Shown here: positions 16,742 through 25,711 of the stretch, piece by piece
Layout: the number at the start of each line of letters is the position of its first letter
Position numbering within the stretch: the first letter of the stretch is position 1
Assembly (NCBI GenBank): GCA_020637195.1
Contig: JACJWK010000015.1
Span: forward strand, 6,532 to 70,531
Source of the DNA: Microthrixaceae bacterium
Lineage (GTDB): Bacteria; Actinomycetota; Acidimicrobiia; Acidimicrobiales; DATDAH01
Reading direction: 5' to 3'
Length of the DNA: 64,000 bases
The notes under the pieces: model-generated
Database searches by the model: none
Told to the model about the DNA's origin: nothing
Seen by the model: the letters and a program-made list of their open reading frames with translations, nothing else
Translations under genes and position numbers: made by a program

Positions 16742-17710
16742 GTGGTCAAGCTGAGCGCAGACGCCATCGTCGAGCGCCTCGAGGAGTTCGGCATGGTGCA
16801 CCGCACCCTGTCGATGCAGACCGAGGGCGAGTACCTGCCCACGGACGTGGACTGGAACAACAAGGACGTCCCCCACCTGAACGAGGTGCACAGCCTCGTC
16901 GACGACATCACGTGCGTCGTCGAGCGCAACATGCAGGCCTCGATCAGCCTCCAGAAGGTGGTCGGGATCACCAACCCGCTGATCCTCGTCCACTACGACG
17001 CCGAGACCAACCACCAGACCCACTTCGTCACGCTGCTGGCGTGGACGATGGTGACCGACCACGAGTTCATCGCCCTCTCCCCCACCCGCACGCGCGCGGT
17101 CACCACGTACACGGTGTGCTCGAGCCGGTTCTGGATGTTGTTCTGGCCTCTCATCCGGGCGCTGTTGCGCCGCAACTACCGCCAGCTCATGTCCGAGGAC
17201 GTGCCGCTGCGCGAGCGCCGGGGCCTGCTGCGCTCCTGGGGCTACACCTTCCGGGGCGACGGTGAGCTGCGCGACATCCGGGCGTCGCTGAACGTCCACG
17301 CCAACAACGTCTTCGCACCCGACCCCCCGGCCGCCGACCCCCCCGTCTTCGCCCCGGTCCCCGTCGACGACCTGCGTCCCGACCGCCCCACCTTCGTCGG
17401 CCGCAGCGACCACCTCGGGCTCCTCCTGCGCCGGGAGGGCCGCCGGGTCTCGGCGTTCGCCCGCATGTGCCCCCACGAGGGCGCCGAGCTCGACAACGTC
17501 GCGGTGGCCCACGATTGCCAGACGTGCCCCTGGCACGGCCGCGAGCTCGAGCCGCTCGCCGTGCTCGACCTCGACGCCGACCGCCCGGCCGCCGACACGC
17601 CCTGGCACCACCTCGAGGTCGTCGACGGCAAGCTCGAGGTGGTGGTGACCGACGCCGGCGACGCCAAGCGCCGGCCCGCGCCCGCCGGCGAGCACGCCGC
17701 GCGACCCTGA
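16742..17710 (+). CDS. Rieske-domain protein, paralogue B (same permuted architecture as 10695-11657)
   Basis: About 65% aa identity to paralogue A by eye along the full length. KDVPHLNEVH; CPHEGAELDNVAVAHDCQTCPWHG. GTG 16742 is in frame with track ORF 15227-17710. Confidence 0.8.
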   Translation: MVKLSADAIVERLEEFGMVHRTLSMQTEGEYLPTDVDWNNKDVPHLNEVHSLVDDITCVVERNMQASISLQKVVGITNPLILVHYDAETNHQTHFVTLLAWTMVTDHEFIALSPTRTRAVTTYTVCSSRFWMLFWPLIRALLRRNYRQLMSEDVPLRERRGLLRSWGYTFRGDGELRDIRASLNVHANNVFAPDPPAADPPVFAPVPVDDLRPDRPTFVGRSDHLGLLLRREGRRVSAFARMCPHEGAELDNVAVAHDCQTCPWHGRELEPLAVLDLDADRPAADTPWHHLEVVDGKLEVVVTDAGDAKRRPAPAGEHAARP

Positions 17711-17746
17711 GGCGCCCGGTCGGCGCGTCGCCGCCCCGACCCGGCG

Positions 17747-19150
17747 TCAGCCGACCGAGCCCTCCATCTGCAGCTCGATCAGGCGGGACCACTCGACCGC
17801 GTACTCCATGGGGAGGGTGCGGGTGACGGGCTCGATGAAGCCGTTCACCACCATGCCCATGGCCTGCTCCTCGGAGAGGCCCCGGCTCATCAGGTAGAAG
17901 AGCTGCTCGTCGGCCACCTTGGACACGGTGGCCTCGTGGCCGATGCGGGCGTCGCGGGCCCCCACCTCCATGTAGGGGAAGGTGTCGGAGATGGAGTCCT
18001 CGTCGAGGATGAGGGCGTCGCACTGGACGTGGCTGACGCAGCCGGGGGCGTCGTCCTCGACCCGGACGAGCCCGCGGTAGCTGGTGCGGCCGCCGTCCTT
18101 GGAGATCGACTTGGAGACGATCTTCGACGTCGTCTCGGGGGCGGCGTGCACCATCTTGGCGCCGGCGTCCTGGTGCTGGCCCTCGCCGGCGTACGCCACC
18201 GAGAGCACCTCACCCGAGGCCTTGGGACCCACCATGTAGACCGCGGGGTACTTCATGGTGAGGCGGGACCCGATGTTGCCGTCGATCCACTCCATGTGGC
18301 CTTCGGCCTCGACCCGCGCCCGCTTGGTGACCAGGTTGAACACGTTGCTCGACCAGTTCTGGATGGTCGTGTAGGTGACCCGGGCCGAGGGCTTGACCAC
18401 GATCTCCACGACGGCGGAGTGCAGGGAGTCGCTGGTGTAGACCGGCGCCGAGCAGCCCTCGATGTAGTGCACCTGGGAGCCCTCGTCGGCGATGATCAGC
18501 GTCCGCTCGAACTGGCCCATGTTCTCGGCGTTGATGCGGAAGTAGGCCTGGAGCGGCATCTCCACCGACACGCCCGGGGGCACGTAGATGAAGCTGCCGC
18601 CGCTCCACACCGCGGTGTTGAGGGCGGCGAACTTGTTGTCGTTCTTGGGGATGACCGTGCCGAAGTAGGCCTTGACGATCTCGGGGTGCTCGCGCAGGGC
18701 CGTGTCCATGTCGGTGAAGATCACGCCCTGGGCCTCGAGGTCCTCGCGGTTGCGGTGGTAGACGACCTCGCTCTCGTACTGCGCCGTGACGCCGGCGAGG
18801 TACTTGCGCTCGGCCTCGGGGATGCCCAGCTTCTCGTAGGTGGACTTCACCGAGTCGGGCAGCTCGTCCCAGGCGTCGACCTGCTTGTCGGTGGGCTTGA
18901 TGTAGTAGTAGATGTCGTCGAAGTAGATCTCCGACATGTCGCCACCCCAGTTGGGCATGGGTCGGCGCTCGAAGTGCTGGAGCGACTTCAGGCGGTTGTC
19001 CCGCATCCAGTCGGGCTCGCCCTTCATCCACGACATCTCCTGCACGATGTCGCGCGAGAGGCCCTTCTTGGGCTTGAAGACGTAGTCCTCCTCGTCGCTC
19101 CAGCCCAACTTGTAGCGCCCGAGGTCGAGGTCGAGCTCGCTGGTGGCCAT
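17747..19150 (-). CDS. sufB: Fe-S cluster assembly protein SufB
   Basis: Highly conserved SufB sequence ([56 protein letters not shown]). ATG 19150. The 1072-aa track ORF is an upstream shadow extension. Confidence 0.95.
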   Translation of the reverse strand: MATSELDLDLGRYKLGWSDEEDYVFKPKKGLSRDIVQEMSWMKGEPDWMRDNRLKSLQHFERRPMPNWGGDMSEIYFDDIYYYIKPTDKQVDAWDELPDSVKSTYEKLGIPEAERKYLAGVTAQYESEVVYHRNREDLEAQGVIFTDMDTALREHPEIVKAYFGTVIPKNDNKFAALNTAVWSGGSFIYVPPGVSVEMPLQAYFRINAENMGQFERTLIIADEGSQVHYIEGCSAPVYTSDSLHSAVVEIVVKPSARVTYTTIQNWSSNVFNLVTKRARVEAEGHMEWIDGNIGSRLTMKYPAVYMVGPKASGEVLSVAYAGEGQHQDAGAKMVHAAPETTSKIVSKSISKDGGRTSYRGLVRVEDDAPGCVSHVQCDALILDEDSISDTFPYMEVGARDARIGHEATVSKVADEQLFYLMSRGLSEEQAMGMVVNGFIEPVTRTLPMEYAVEWSRLIELQMEGSVG

Positions 19151-19220
19151 CGCTGCCGCTCCTGTGGTCGGGGGGTGGACCCGCCCGGTCGGGGTGCCCG
19201 TCGGCGCCGTCCGGGTCCGG

Positions 19221-19250
19221 TAATTACTCCTACGCCGATAGTAACAAATC
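19221..19250. promoter_or_regulatory. AT-rich island in the sufB / GGDEF-EAL divergent intergenic region, with weak inverted repeat TTACT-N11-AGTAA; candidate promoter/operator
   Basis: taattactcctacgccgatagtaacaaatc is conspicuously AT-rich against the GC background. No sufR gene is present in the window. Confidence 0.3.
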
Positions 19251-19339
19251 CCTCCGGCCGCGCCTCCTTCAGGCACCACGCGACCTGCCGATAGTGCCCG
19301 GAGGGCGCGCCGCGCCCCGGGCAGCGTGCGATCGAGGCG

Positions 19340-22204
19340 ATGGGCACACCGACGACGAGCGACGTGGAGGCCGGAACGGCCGAGGGCGCCCCTGCGCCGC
19401 CGGCCTTCGAGGACGCGCCGGTGGGCCTGGTGCTCGCCGATCCCTCGGGTCGGGTCCTCGCCGCGAACGCGAAGTGGCGTGAGATCACGGGGTTCTCGGG
19501 CGTCCTGCCCGTGGCCGACCACGAGGCGCTGGCGCTGTTGCACCCCGAGGACCAGCCGATGGTGCGCGACGCCTGGGACGAGGCCTGCGCCCTCGGCCGG
19601 GAGCTGGAGGTCCGGGCCCGGGTCGTGCACCGCGACGGCGCCGTGCGCTGGGTGGACACCCGCGCGACGCCCGTGCTCGACCGGGACCGGACCGTCATGG
19701 GGTTCGCGGCCTCCGTGCTCGACCTCACCCACGTGCTCGACGACCGGGGCCGCCTGCCCGACGACGGTGGCCTCGCCCCCGAGGTCGTCGAGGCGCTCCC
19801 CCAGGGGGTGATGGTCTACGACCCGACCGGCGCCATCACCGCCTGCAACGCCGCCGCCCACGACCTGCTCGGCGTGTCCCGGGACGACCTGCTCGCGCGG
19901 CGGGTGCCGTGGGCCACCTGGGACCCGGTCGACGGCGAGGGCCTGCCCCTCGCCCCCGACGGGCTGCCCGCCGCCCGGGCGCTGCGGGGCGAGCCGTCGG
20001 TGAGCGCCGTGGTCGGGTTCACCCCGCCGGGCCGCAGCCGCGTGTGGGTGGACGTGTCCGCCCGCCGCCTCGACCGGGGCGCGGACCTGCCCGCCGGCAC
20101 GGTGGTGGTCACCTTCGTGGACATCTCGCTGCGCAAGCGCACCGAGGAGGACCTGCGCGACAGCGAGGCACACCTCCGGTCGCTGTCCGAGTCCGTCCCC
20201 GTCGGCGTGTTCCGCTGCAGCCTCGAAGGGCGCCTGACCTACGTCAACCCCCGCTGGACCGAGCTCACCGGGGTCGGCGGCACGGACATCTTCCGCCTGC
20301 ACGCCTACGACCTCATCCACCCCGAGGACCGGGAGGCCACCCTCGCCGCCTGGGAGGCGACCCTGCCCCAGGGCGTGCGCTACGACGGCCAGTTCCGCAT
20401 CGTCGACGCCGACGGCGAGCCCCGCTGGGTGCAGTGCCGGCTGAGCGTGGTGCGGGACAAGTTCGGCACCCCGACGGGCACGATCGGGTCGTTCGAGGAC
20501 GTGAGCGCCCTCGTCGACGCCCGCGAGCAGAACGCCCGCCTGGCCACGATCGTGGAGTCGACGACCGACCTCGTCGTCATGATCGACGAGGAGACCGGCG
20601 CGGTCCTGTACGTGAACGGCGCCGCCCGCGACCTGCTCGGCATCGCCGACGACGACCTCGGCGACCTCGGTCTGCGCGACCTGCTCACCGACGAGTCCGA
20701 GGGCCTCTACATCGAAGACGTCCGCCCCGTGCTGCTCCGGGGCGACACCTGGAGCGGCGAGCTGGTCATGCGCACGTCGAGCGGCGAGGACCGCCACGTC
20801 TGGCAGACGGTGGCGGGCGAGTTCGACAGCACCGGCGTGCTCGTGCGGGTGGCGATCATGGGCCGCGACGTCACCGAGCGGCGCCAGGCCGAGAGCGTCC
20901 TGGCCCACCAGGCGACCCACGACCCCCTCACCGGTCTGCCGAACCGCTCGCTGCTGCTCAACCACCTCGAGCTGGCCCTCGCCCGGTCCCAGCGCGACCG
21001 CTCACGGGTCGGCCTGCTCTTCTTGGACCTCGACCGCTTCAAGTCGGTCAACGACAACCGCGGTCACGACGTCGGCGACGAGCTGCTCCGCCAGGTGTCG
21101 CAACGGATCTCGGGCGTGCTGCGCCCGTCCGACACCGTCGCCCGGCTGGGCGGCGACGAGTTCGTCGTCCTGTTCGACGAGGTCGACGACCCCGACGACG
21201 CGGTGGCCGCCGCCCGACGGGTGTGCGACGCCATCGAGGACGACCCGTTCGGGATCGCCAGCCTCGAGCTGGTGATGACCACGAGCGCCGGGCTGGCGGT
21301 GTCCGCGCCCGGCGACGACCCCGAGACGCTCATCCGCAACGCCGACGAGGCCATGTACCGGGCCAAGGAGAAGGGCCGGGCCTGCCTCGAGGTCTACGAC
21401 GAGGCGATGCGGCTTCGCACGACCAACCGCCGCATGCTCGCCGAGCAGCTGAGCACCGCGATCGCCGACGGTGACATCGAGGTGCACTACCAGCCCCAGG
21501 TGAACCTGCGCACCGGCGCGGTGGTCAGCGTCGAGGCCCTGGCCCGGTGGAACCACCCGGGCCGCGGGCGGCTCGACCCCGACGAGTTCATCCAGCTCGC
21601 CGAGGACACCGGCCTCATCGTCGGCCTCGGCCTCAGCGTGTTGCACCGGGCCTGCGTCGACGCCGCGCGCTGGCACGACCAGCTCGGGCCCCAGGCGCCC
21701 CGGGTGGCCGTCAACCTCTCGTTGCGCCAGCTCGCCCAGAGCAACCTGCCCGAGCTGCTCGCCGAGATGATCGCCAAGCTCGGCGTCGACCCCCAGCTCC
21801 TGTGCCTCGAGGTGCCCGAGTCGGTGCTCGTCGGCGACGTCGACACCGCGATCGCGTCGCTCGAGGCCCTCAGCGAGGTCGGCGTGTCGCTGGCCATCGA
21901 CAACTTCGGCAAGGGCTCGGCCTCGCTGCTCAACCTGCAACGGCTGCCGGTGGACACGCTGAAGGTGGACCGCTCGTTCGTCGACGGGCTCGGCCCCGAC
22001 CCCGAGGACTCGGCCATCGCCGCCGCGATCATCGGACTGGCCCACAACCTCAACCTCGAGGTGATCGCGGAGGGCGTCGAGCTCGTCGAGCAGCTCGCCG
22101 AGCTCCGGGCCCTCGGGTGCGACGGCGGCCAGGGCTACCTGTTCGCGAAGCCCATGGACGCCGACGCCGTCCGCCCCTACTTCGGCCACGTCTTCGCGGT
22201 CTGA
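19340..22204 (+). CDS. Multi-PAS GGDEF-EAL c-di-GMP signalling protein
   Basis: Several PAS-like repeats; GGDEF ([11 protein letters not shown]); EAL domain ([35 protein letters not shown]). Confidence 0.9.
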   Translation: MGTPTTSDVEAGTAEGAPAPPAFEDAPVGLVLADPSGRVLAANAKWREITGFSGVLPVADHEALALLHPEDQPMVRDAWDEACALGRELEVRARVVHRDGAVRWVDTRATPVLDRDRTVMGFAASVLDLTHVLDDRGRLPDDGGLAPEVVEALPQGVMVYDPTGAITACNAAAHDLLGVSRDDLLARRVPWATWDPVDGEGLPLAPDGLPAARALRGEPSVSAVVGFTPPGRSRVWVDVSARRLDRGADLPAGTVVVTFVDISLRKRTEEDLRDSEAHLRSLSESVPVGVFRCSLEGRLTYVNPRWTELTGVGGTDIFRLHAYDLIHPEDREATLAAWEATLPQGVRYDGQFRIVDADGEPRWVQCRLSVVRDKFGTPTGTIGSFEDVSALVDAREQNARLATIVESTTDLVVMIDEETGAVLYVNGAARDLLGIADDDLGDLGLRDLLTDESEGLYIEDVRPVLLRGDTWSGELVMRTSSGEDRHVWQTVAGEFDSTGVLVRVAIMGRDVTERRQAESVLAHQATHDPLTGLPNRSLLLNHLELALARSQRDRSRVGLLFLDLDRFKSVNDNRGHDVGDELLRQVSQRISGVLRPSDTVARLGGDEFVVLFDEVDDPDDAVAAARRVCDAIEDDPFGIASLELVMTTSAGLAVSAPGDDPETLIRNADEAMYRAKEKGRACLEVYDEAMRLRTTNRRMLAEQLSTAIADGDIEVHYQPQVNLRTGAVVSVEALARWNHPGRGRLDPDEFIQLAEDTGLIVGLGLSVLHRACVDAARWHDQLGPQAPRVAVNLSLRQLAQSNLPELLAEMIAKLGVDPQLLCLEVPESVLVGDVDTAIASLEALSEVGVSLAIDNFGKGSASLLNLQRLPVDTLKVDRSFVDGLGPDPEDSAIAAAIIGLAHNLNLEVIAEGVELVEQLAELRALGCDGGQGYLFAKPMDADAVRPYFGHVFAV

Positions 22205-22269
22205 GCCCAGCCGCCGCGGGGCTCCGGTTCACCGCCCGGACCGGCCCTCGACCTGCCAGACTGCGCCCG

Positions 22270-23901
22270 GTGACTGCCCCGGAGCGGCCGGTGGGACCCA
22301 TCTCATCCTGGGGGGAGACGGGCGAGATCGGCGCGGGCCCGCCGTCGGGCCCGCCCTGGTGGCTGGCCCCGCTGGTCGGCCTCACCGTGGTCGGCCTGCT
22401 CCTCTGGACCGGCCACGCCGAGGGCGCCCTGCTGCTCCTCGCGCTCGTCACGGCCCTGACCCTCGCCCGCCTCGTGTCGCCATCGTTCGACCGTCGCCTG
22501 TCGTGGCTGCTCGGGCGGGTCGCCCACGGGGCGGGGCGCCTGCTGGCGTGGCTGCTGCTCGGCGGCGTCACGGTCCTCGTGGTGGTGCCCGTCTGGGTCG
22601 TCACGAGGCTCGGCCGCTACGACCCCCTCGACATCGGCGCCGCCGACGCGGGCCGGTGGGACGACGGCGGTCGGCGCTGGTGGCACCGGCGGCCGGACCA
22701 GCCGTTCACCAGGGAGGCTCGCCGTCCGGGGCGGCGGCGGCTCCACGCGGCCGGCCTGGTGCTGGTCCCGCTGGGCGCGCTGCTCCTCCTCGCCCTCCCC
22801 GCCCGCCACTTCGTCGCCGACCTGCGGGCGCCGTCGTCGGGGCCGGCGCCCGTCCCCTCCGCCGACGGCGGCGACCAGCCGGTCGCCGCCCCCGACACCC
22901 CGTGGGAGGTGACCGGCACGGGCCCGCAGCGCGACGGCGATCCCCTGCTGGCCCAGACGGACGAGTGGGCCGCCGAGGCCCTGGCCGGCCGGGTCCAGGT
23001 CACCGAGTACGACCCCACCAACATCCTGCGCATCCGCGACGCACACACCGAGTACTTCAACTACGAGGACCGCGTGCGCCGGAGCTGGGAGCCCCCCACC
23101 GACGACCCGGGGCTCGATGTCTGGTTCTTCGGCTCCTCGATGCTGCTCGGGCCCTCCGTCATCCGCGACGACCACACGGTGGCGTCCGAGGTGGCGCGGG
23201 CGGCCTGGGAGCAGGGCGGCATCCCCGTGCGGGCGTCGAACTTCGCGATCGGTGGCTACGAGACCTGGCAGCAGACCGTGCTGATGGCGCAGATGCTGAC
23301 CGAGCGGCCCGCCCCCGACCTCGTCGTGTTCTACGGCGGGTACAACGACCTGCACAACTACATCACCCCGGGGGCGCCGACCGAGGTGTCGAACACCTGG
23401 GCGGGGGACTTCGAGCGCGCGCTGGAGGACTCGGGCGCCACGCTCCAGGTCCCGGCCGAGGACTCGGTCGCCCGCACCACCGGCTGGGACCCCGCCAACG
23501 CCGCCGCGGTCTACGACCGGGGCATCGAGGTCGCCCAGGACCTGCTCCGCGCCCGCGGGATCCCGTTCGCCAACTTCCTCCAGCCGTGCCTCTGGACCCG
23601 CGAGGCCGAGGCGGAGCGCGCCACGCTGGCACAGATCGGCACCGACGAGGAGTACCGGGCGTCCTTCGGTGCGGTCTACGACGCCGCCCGGGCCGCCATC
23701 ACCGTGCCCGTCGTGGACCTCTCGGACGTGCTCGACGACCTGGCGGGGATCGTCTACTGGGACGAGGTGCACCACAACGAGGCCGGTACGGCCGCCGCCG
23801 GCCAGGCGGTCGAGCGCCACCTGCGCCCGCAGCTCCAGGCGCTGTGGGCCGACGGGAATGGAGGGGGCCCGACGACCGCATCCACCACGCCGTCGGCGTG
23901 A
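22270..23901 (+). CDS. Membrane-anchored SGNH/GDSL-like protein, paralogue 2
   Basis: Same architecture as 13431-15098. The TM region shares SP(S/G)FDR. SGNH blocks are FFGSSMLLG, FYGGYNDL and DEVHHNE. Start is uncertain (GTG 22270 or 22291). Confidence 0.65.
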   Translation: MTAPERPVGPISSWGETGEIGAGPPSGPPWWLAPLVGLTVVGLLLWTGHAEGALLLLALVTALTLARLVSPSFDRRLSWLLGRVAHGAGRLLAWLLLGGVTVLVVVPVWVVTRLGRYDPLDIGAADAGRWDDGGRRWWHRRPDQPFTREARRPGRRRLHAAGLVLVPLGALLLLALPARHFVADLRAPSSGPAPVPSADGGDQPVAAPDTPWEVTGTGPQRDGDPLLAQTDEWAAEALAGRVQVTEYDPTNILRIRDAHTEYFNYEDRVRRSWEPPTDDPGLDVWFFGSSMLLGPSVIRDDHTVASEVARAAWEQGGIPVRASNFAIGGYETWQQTVLMAQMLTERPAPDLVVFYGGYNDLHNYITPGAPTEVSNTWAGDFERALEDSGATLQVPAEDSVARTTGWDPANAAAVYDRGIEVAQDLLRARGIPFANFLQPCLWTREAEAERATLAQIGTDEEYRASFGAVYDAARAAITVPVVDLSDVLDDLAGIVYWDEVHHNEAGTAAAGQAVERHLRPQLQALWADGNGGGPTTASTTPSA

Positions 23902-23920
23902 CGGTCGCAGCGGCCCCGGC

Positions 23921-25711
23921 TCAGCCGTCGGTCGTGACGGCCCCGCGCGACCAGGTGTCGAACAGGGCGGCGTAGCGGCCCTCGTCGGCGACCAGGGCGT
24001 CGTGGGTGCCGAGCTCGGCGAGGCCGCCCGCGTCGACGACGCCGACCCGATCGGCCCGCTCGGCCGTGGAGAGCCGGTGGGCGATGACGATGACCGTGCG
24101 ACCGGCCATGAGCCGGTCCATGGCGCCCTCGACCAGGGCCTCGGTGCCCGGGTCGAGGCTGGAGGTGGCCTCGTCGAGCACCAGGACGGCGGGGTCCGCC
24201 AGCGCGGCGCGGGCCAGCGACACGAGCTGCTTCTCGCCCGCGGACAGGCGCGAGCCCCGCTCGCGCACCTCGGTGTCCAGGCCGTCGGCCAGGGCGGCGA
24301 AGCGCTCGCGCGCCCCGATCACCTCGAGGGCGGCGTCGACGTCGTCATCGGTGGCGCCCCGCCGGCCGATGCGCACGTTGTCGCGGATGGAACCCGCGAA
24401 CAAGAAGCCCTCCTGGGGCACGACGACGATGCGCTCGCGCAGCGACCCGAGGGTGGCGTCGCGCAGGTCGGTGCCCCCGAAGCGGACCTCGCCGTCCACC
24501 GGGTCGTACAGGCGGGCGCACAGCTTCGCCAGGGTGGACTTGCCCGCTCCCGTGGGCCCCACCAGCGCGAGGCGCTCCCCCGCCGCGATCGTCAGGTCCA
24601 CGTCGCGCAGCACCCGGGGGCCGTCGCCGTACGCGAACGACACGCCGCGGACCTCGAGGTCGCCGCGGGCGGGCAGGTCGACCGCGCCGGGGCGCTCCCG
24701 GACCTCGACGGGCTCGTCGAGCACCCCGAACACCTTCTGCAGCCCGGCGCCGGCGGACTGGACCGTGTTGAAGAGCTGGCTCAGCTGCTGCACCGGTTCG
24801 AACAGGTTCGAGAGGGTGAGCACGAAGAACGTCACCGTGCCGATCGTCACCACGTCCCGGCTGACGAGCCAACCCCCCACCCCGACGACGGCCGCCGTGG
24901 TGCCGATGCCGGCGAGCTCGATGATGGGCAGGTACCACGCCTGCACCTTCACCGAGCGCATGTGCGCGTCGTAGAGCACCTGGTTGCGCTCGGCGAACCG
25001 GCGGGTCTCGGTGGACTCCCGGCCGAAGGCCTGGATCACCCGCACCCCGGCGATGGACTCCTGGAGGTTCGACAGCGTGCCGCCGATCTGGTCGCGCACG
25101 ACGAGGTAGGCCTCGTTGGAGTCGCGCTGGAACTTGATGCTGGCCAGGACCACGAAGGGCAGCGCGATCAGGCACACCAACGCGAGCTGCCAGGAGACGA
25201 CGACGAGCACGACCACCGAGACGACCAGCAGGAGGATGTTGCTGACGAACTGGAGCAGGCCCATCTGCACCAGCTCGGCCATCGAGTCGACGTCCGAGGT
25301 CATGCGCGACACGATCACCCCGGCCTTCTCCCGGTCGTAGAAGGGCATCGACAGGCGCTGGAGCTTGTCGAAGACGCGGAGGCGCAGGTCCCGCAGGAAC
25401 GACTCCCCCACCTGGCTGATCACCCGCACCTGCGCCCGGAACACGACGTAGGCCACCGCCGCGACCACCACGTAGGCCGCCACCGCGGCGTTCAGGGCAC
25501 CGGCGTCGCCGGCCGAGATCCCGTGGTCGATGCCGTAGCGCACGAGCAGCGGCCCCGCGAGCGTGGTCGAGGTCCACAGGACCAGCAGCACGACGCCGAG
25601 GGCCACGCGACGCCGGTACGGCCCGAGCATCCGTCCCGAGCGGCGCAGGACCCGCCGCGCCGCCTCGGCGTCCAGCTTGTCGGCCTCGTCCACCCCGACC
25701 TCGCGGATCAC
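23921..25711 (-). CDS. ABC transporter, fused permease/ATPase (exporter type), subunit 2
   Basis: 6-TM exporter domain plus GPTGAGKST, LSAGEKQL and LVLDEATSSLD. GTGA overlap with the upstream subunit. The 1296-aa track ORF fuses unrelated frames. Confidence 0.88.
   Translation of the reverse strand: MIREVGVDEADKLDAEAARRVLRRSGRMLGPYRRRVALGVVLLVLWTSTTLAGPLLVRYGIDHGISAGDAGALNAAVAAYVVVAAVAYVVFRAQVRVISQVGESFLRDLRLRVFDKLQRLSMPFYDREKAGVIVSRMTSDVDSMAELVQMGLLQFVSNILLLVVSVVVLVVVSWQLALVCLIALPFVVLASIKFQRDSNEAYLVVRDQIGGTLSNLQESIAGVRVIQAFGRESTETRRFAERNQVLYDAHMRSVKVQAWYLPIIELAGIGTTAAVVGVGGWLVSRDVVTIGTVTFFVLTLSNLFEPVQQLSQLFNTVQSAGAGLQKVFGVLDEPVEVRERPGAVDLPARGDLEVRGVSFAYGDGPRVLRDVDLTIAAGERLALVGPTGAGKSTLAKLCARLYDPVDGEVRFGGTDLRDATLGSLRERIVVVPQEGFLFAGSIRDNVRIGRRGATDDDVDAALEVIGARERFAALADGLDTEVRERGSRLSAGEKQLVSLARAALADPAVLVLDEATSSLDPGTEALVEGAMDRLMAGRTVIVIAHRLSTAERADRVGVVDAGGLAELGTHDALVADEGRYAALFDTWSRGAVTTDG

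Noticed and set aside
17747-20965. The 1072-aa ORF suggesting a giant SufB fusion.
   Set aside because: Only the last 467 codons (from ATG 19150) are SufB. The upstream part is antisense to the well-supported PAS-GGDEF-EAL gene.
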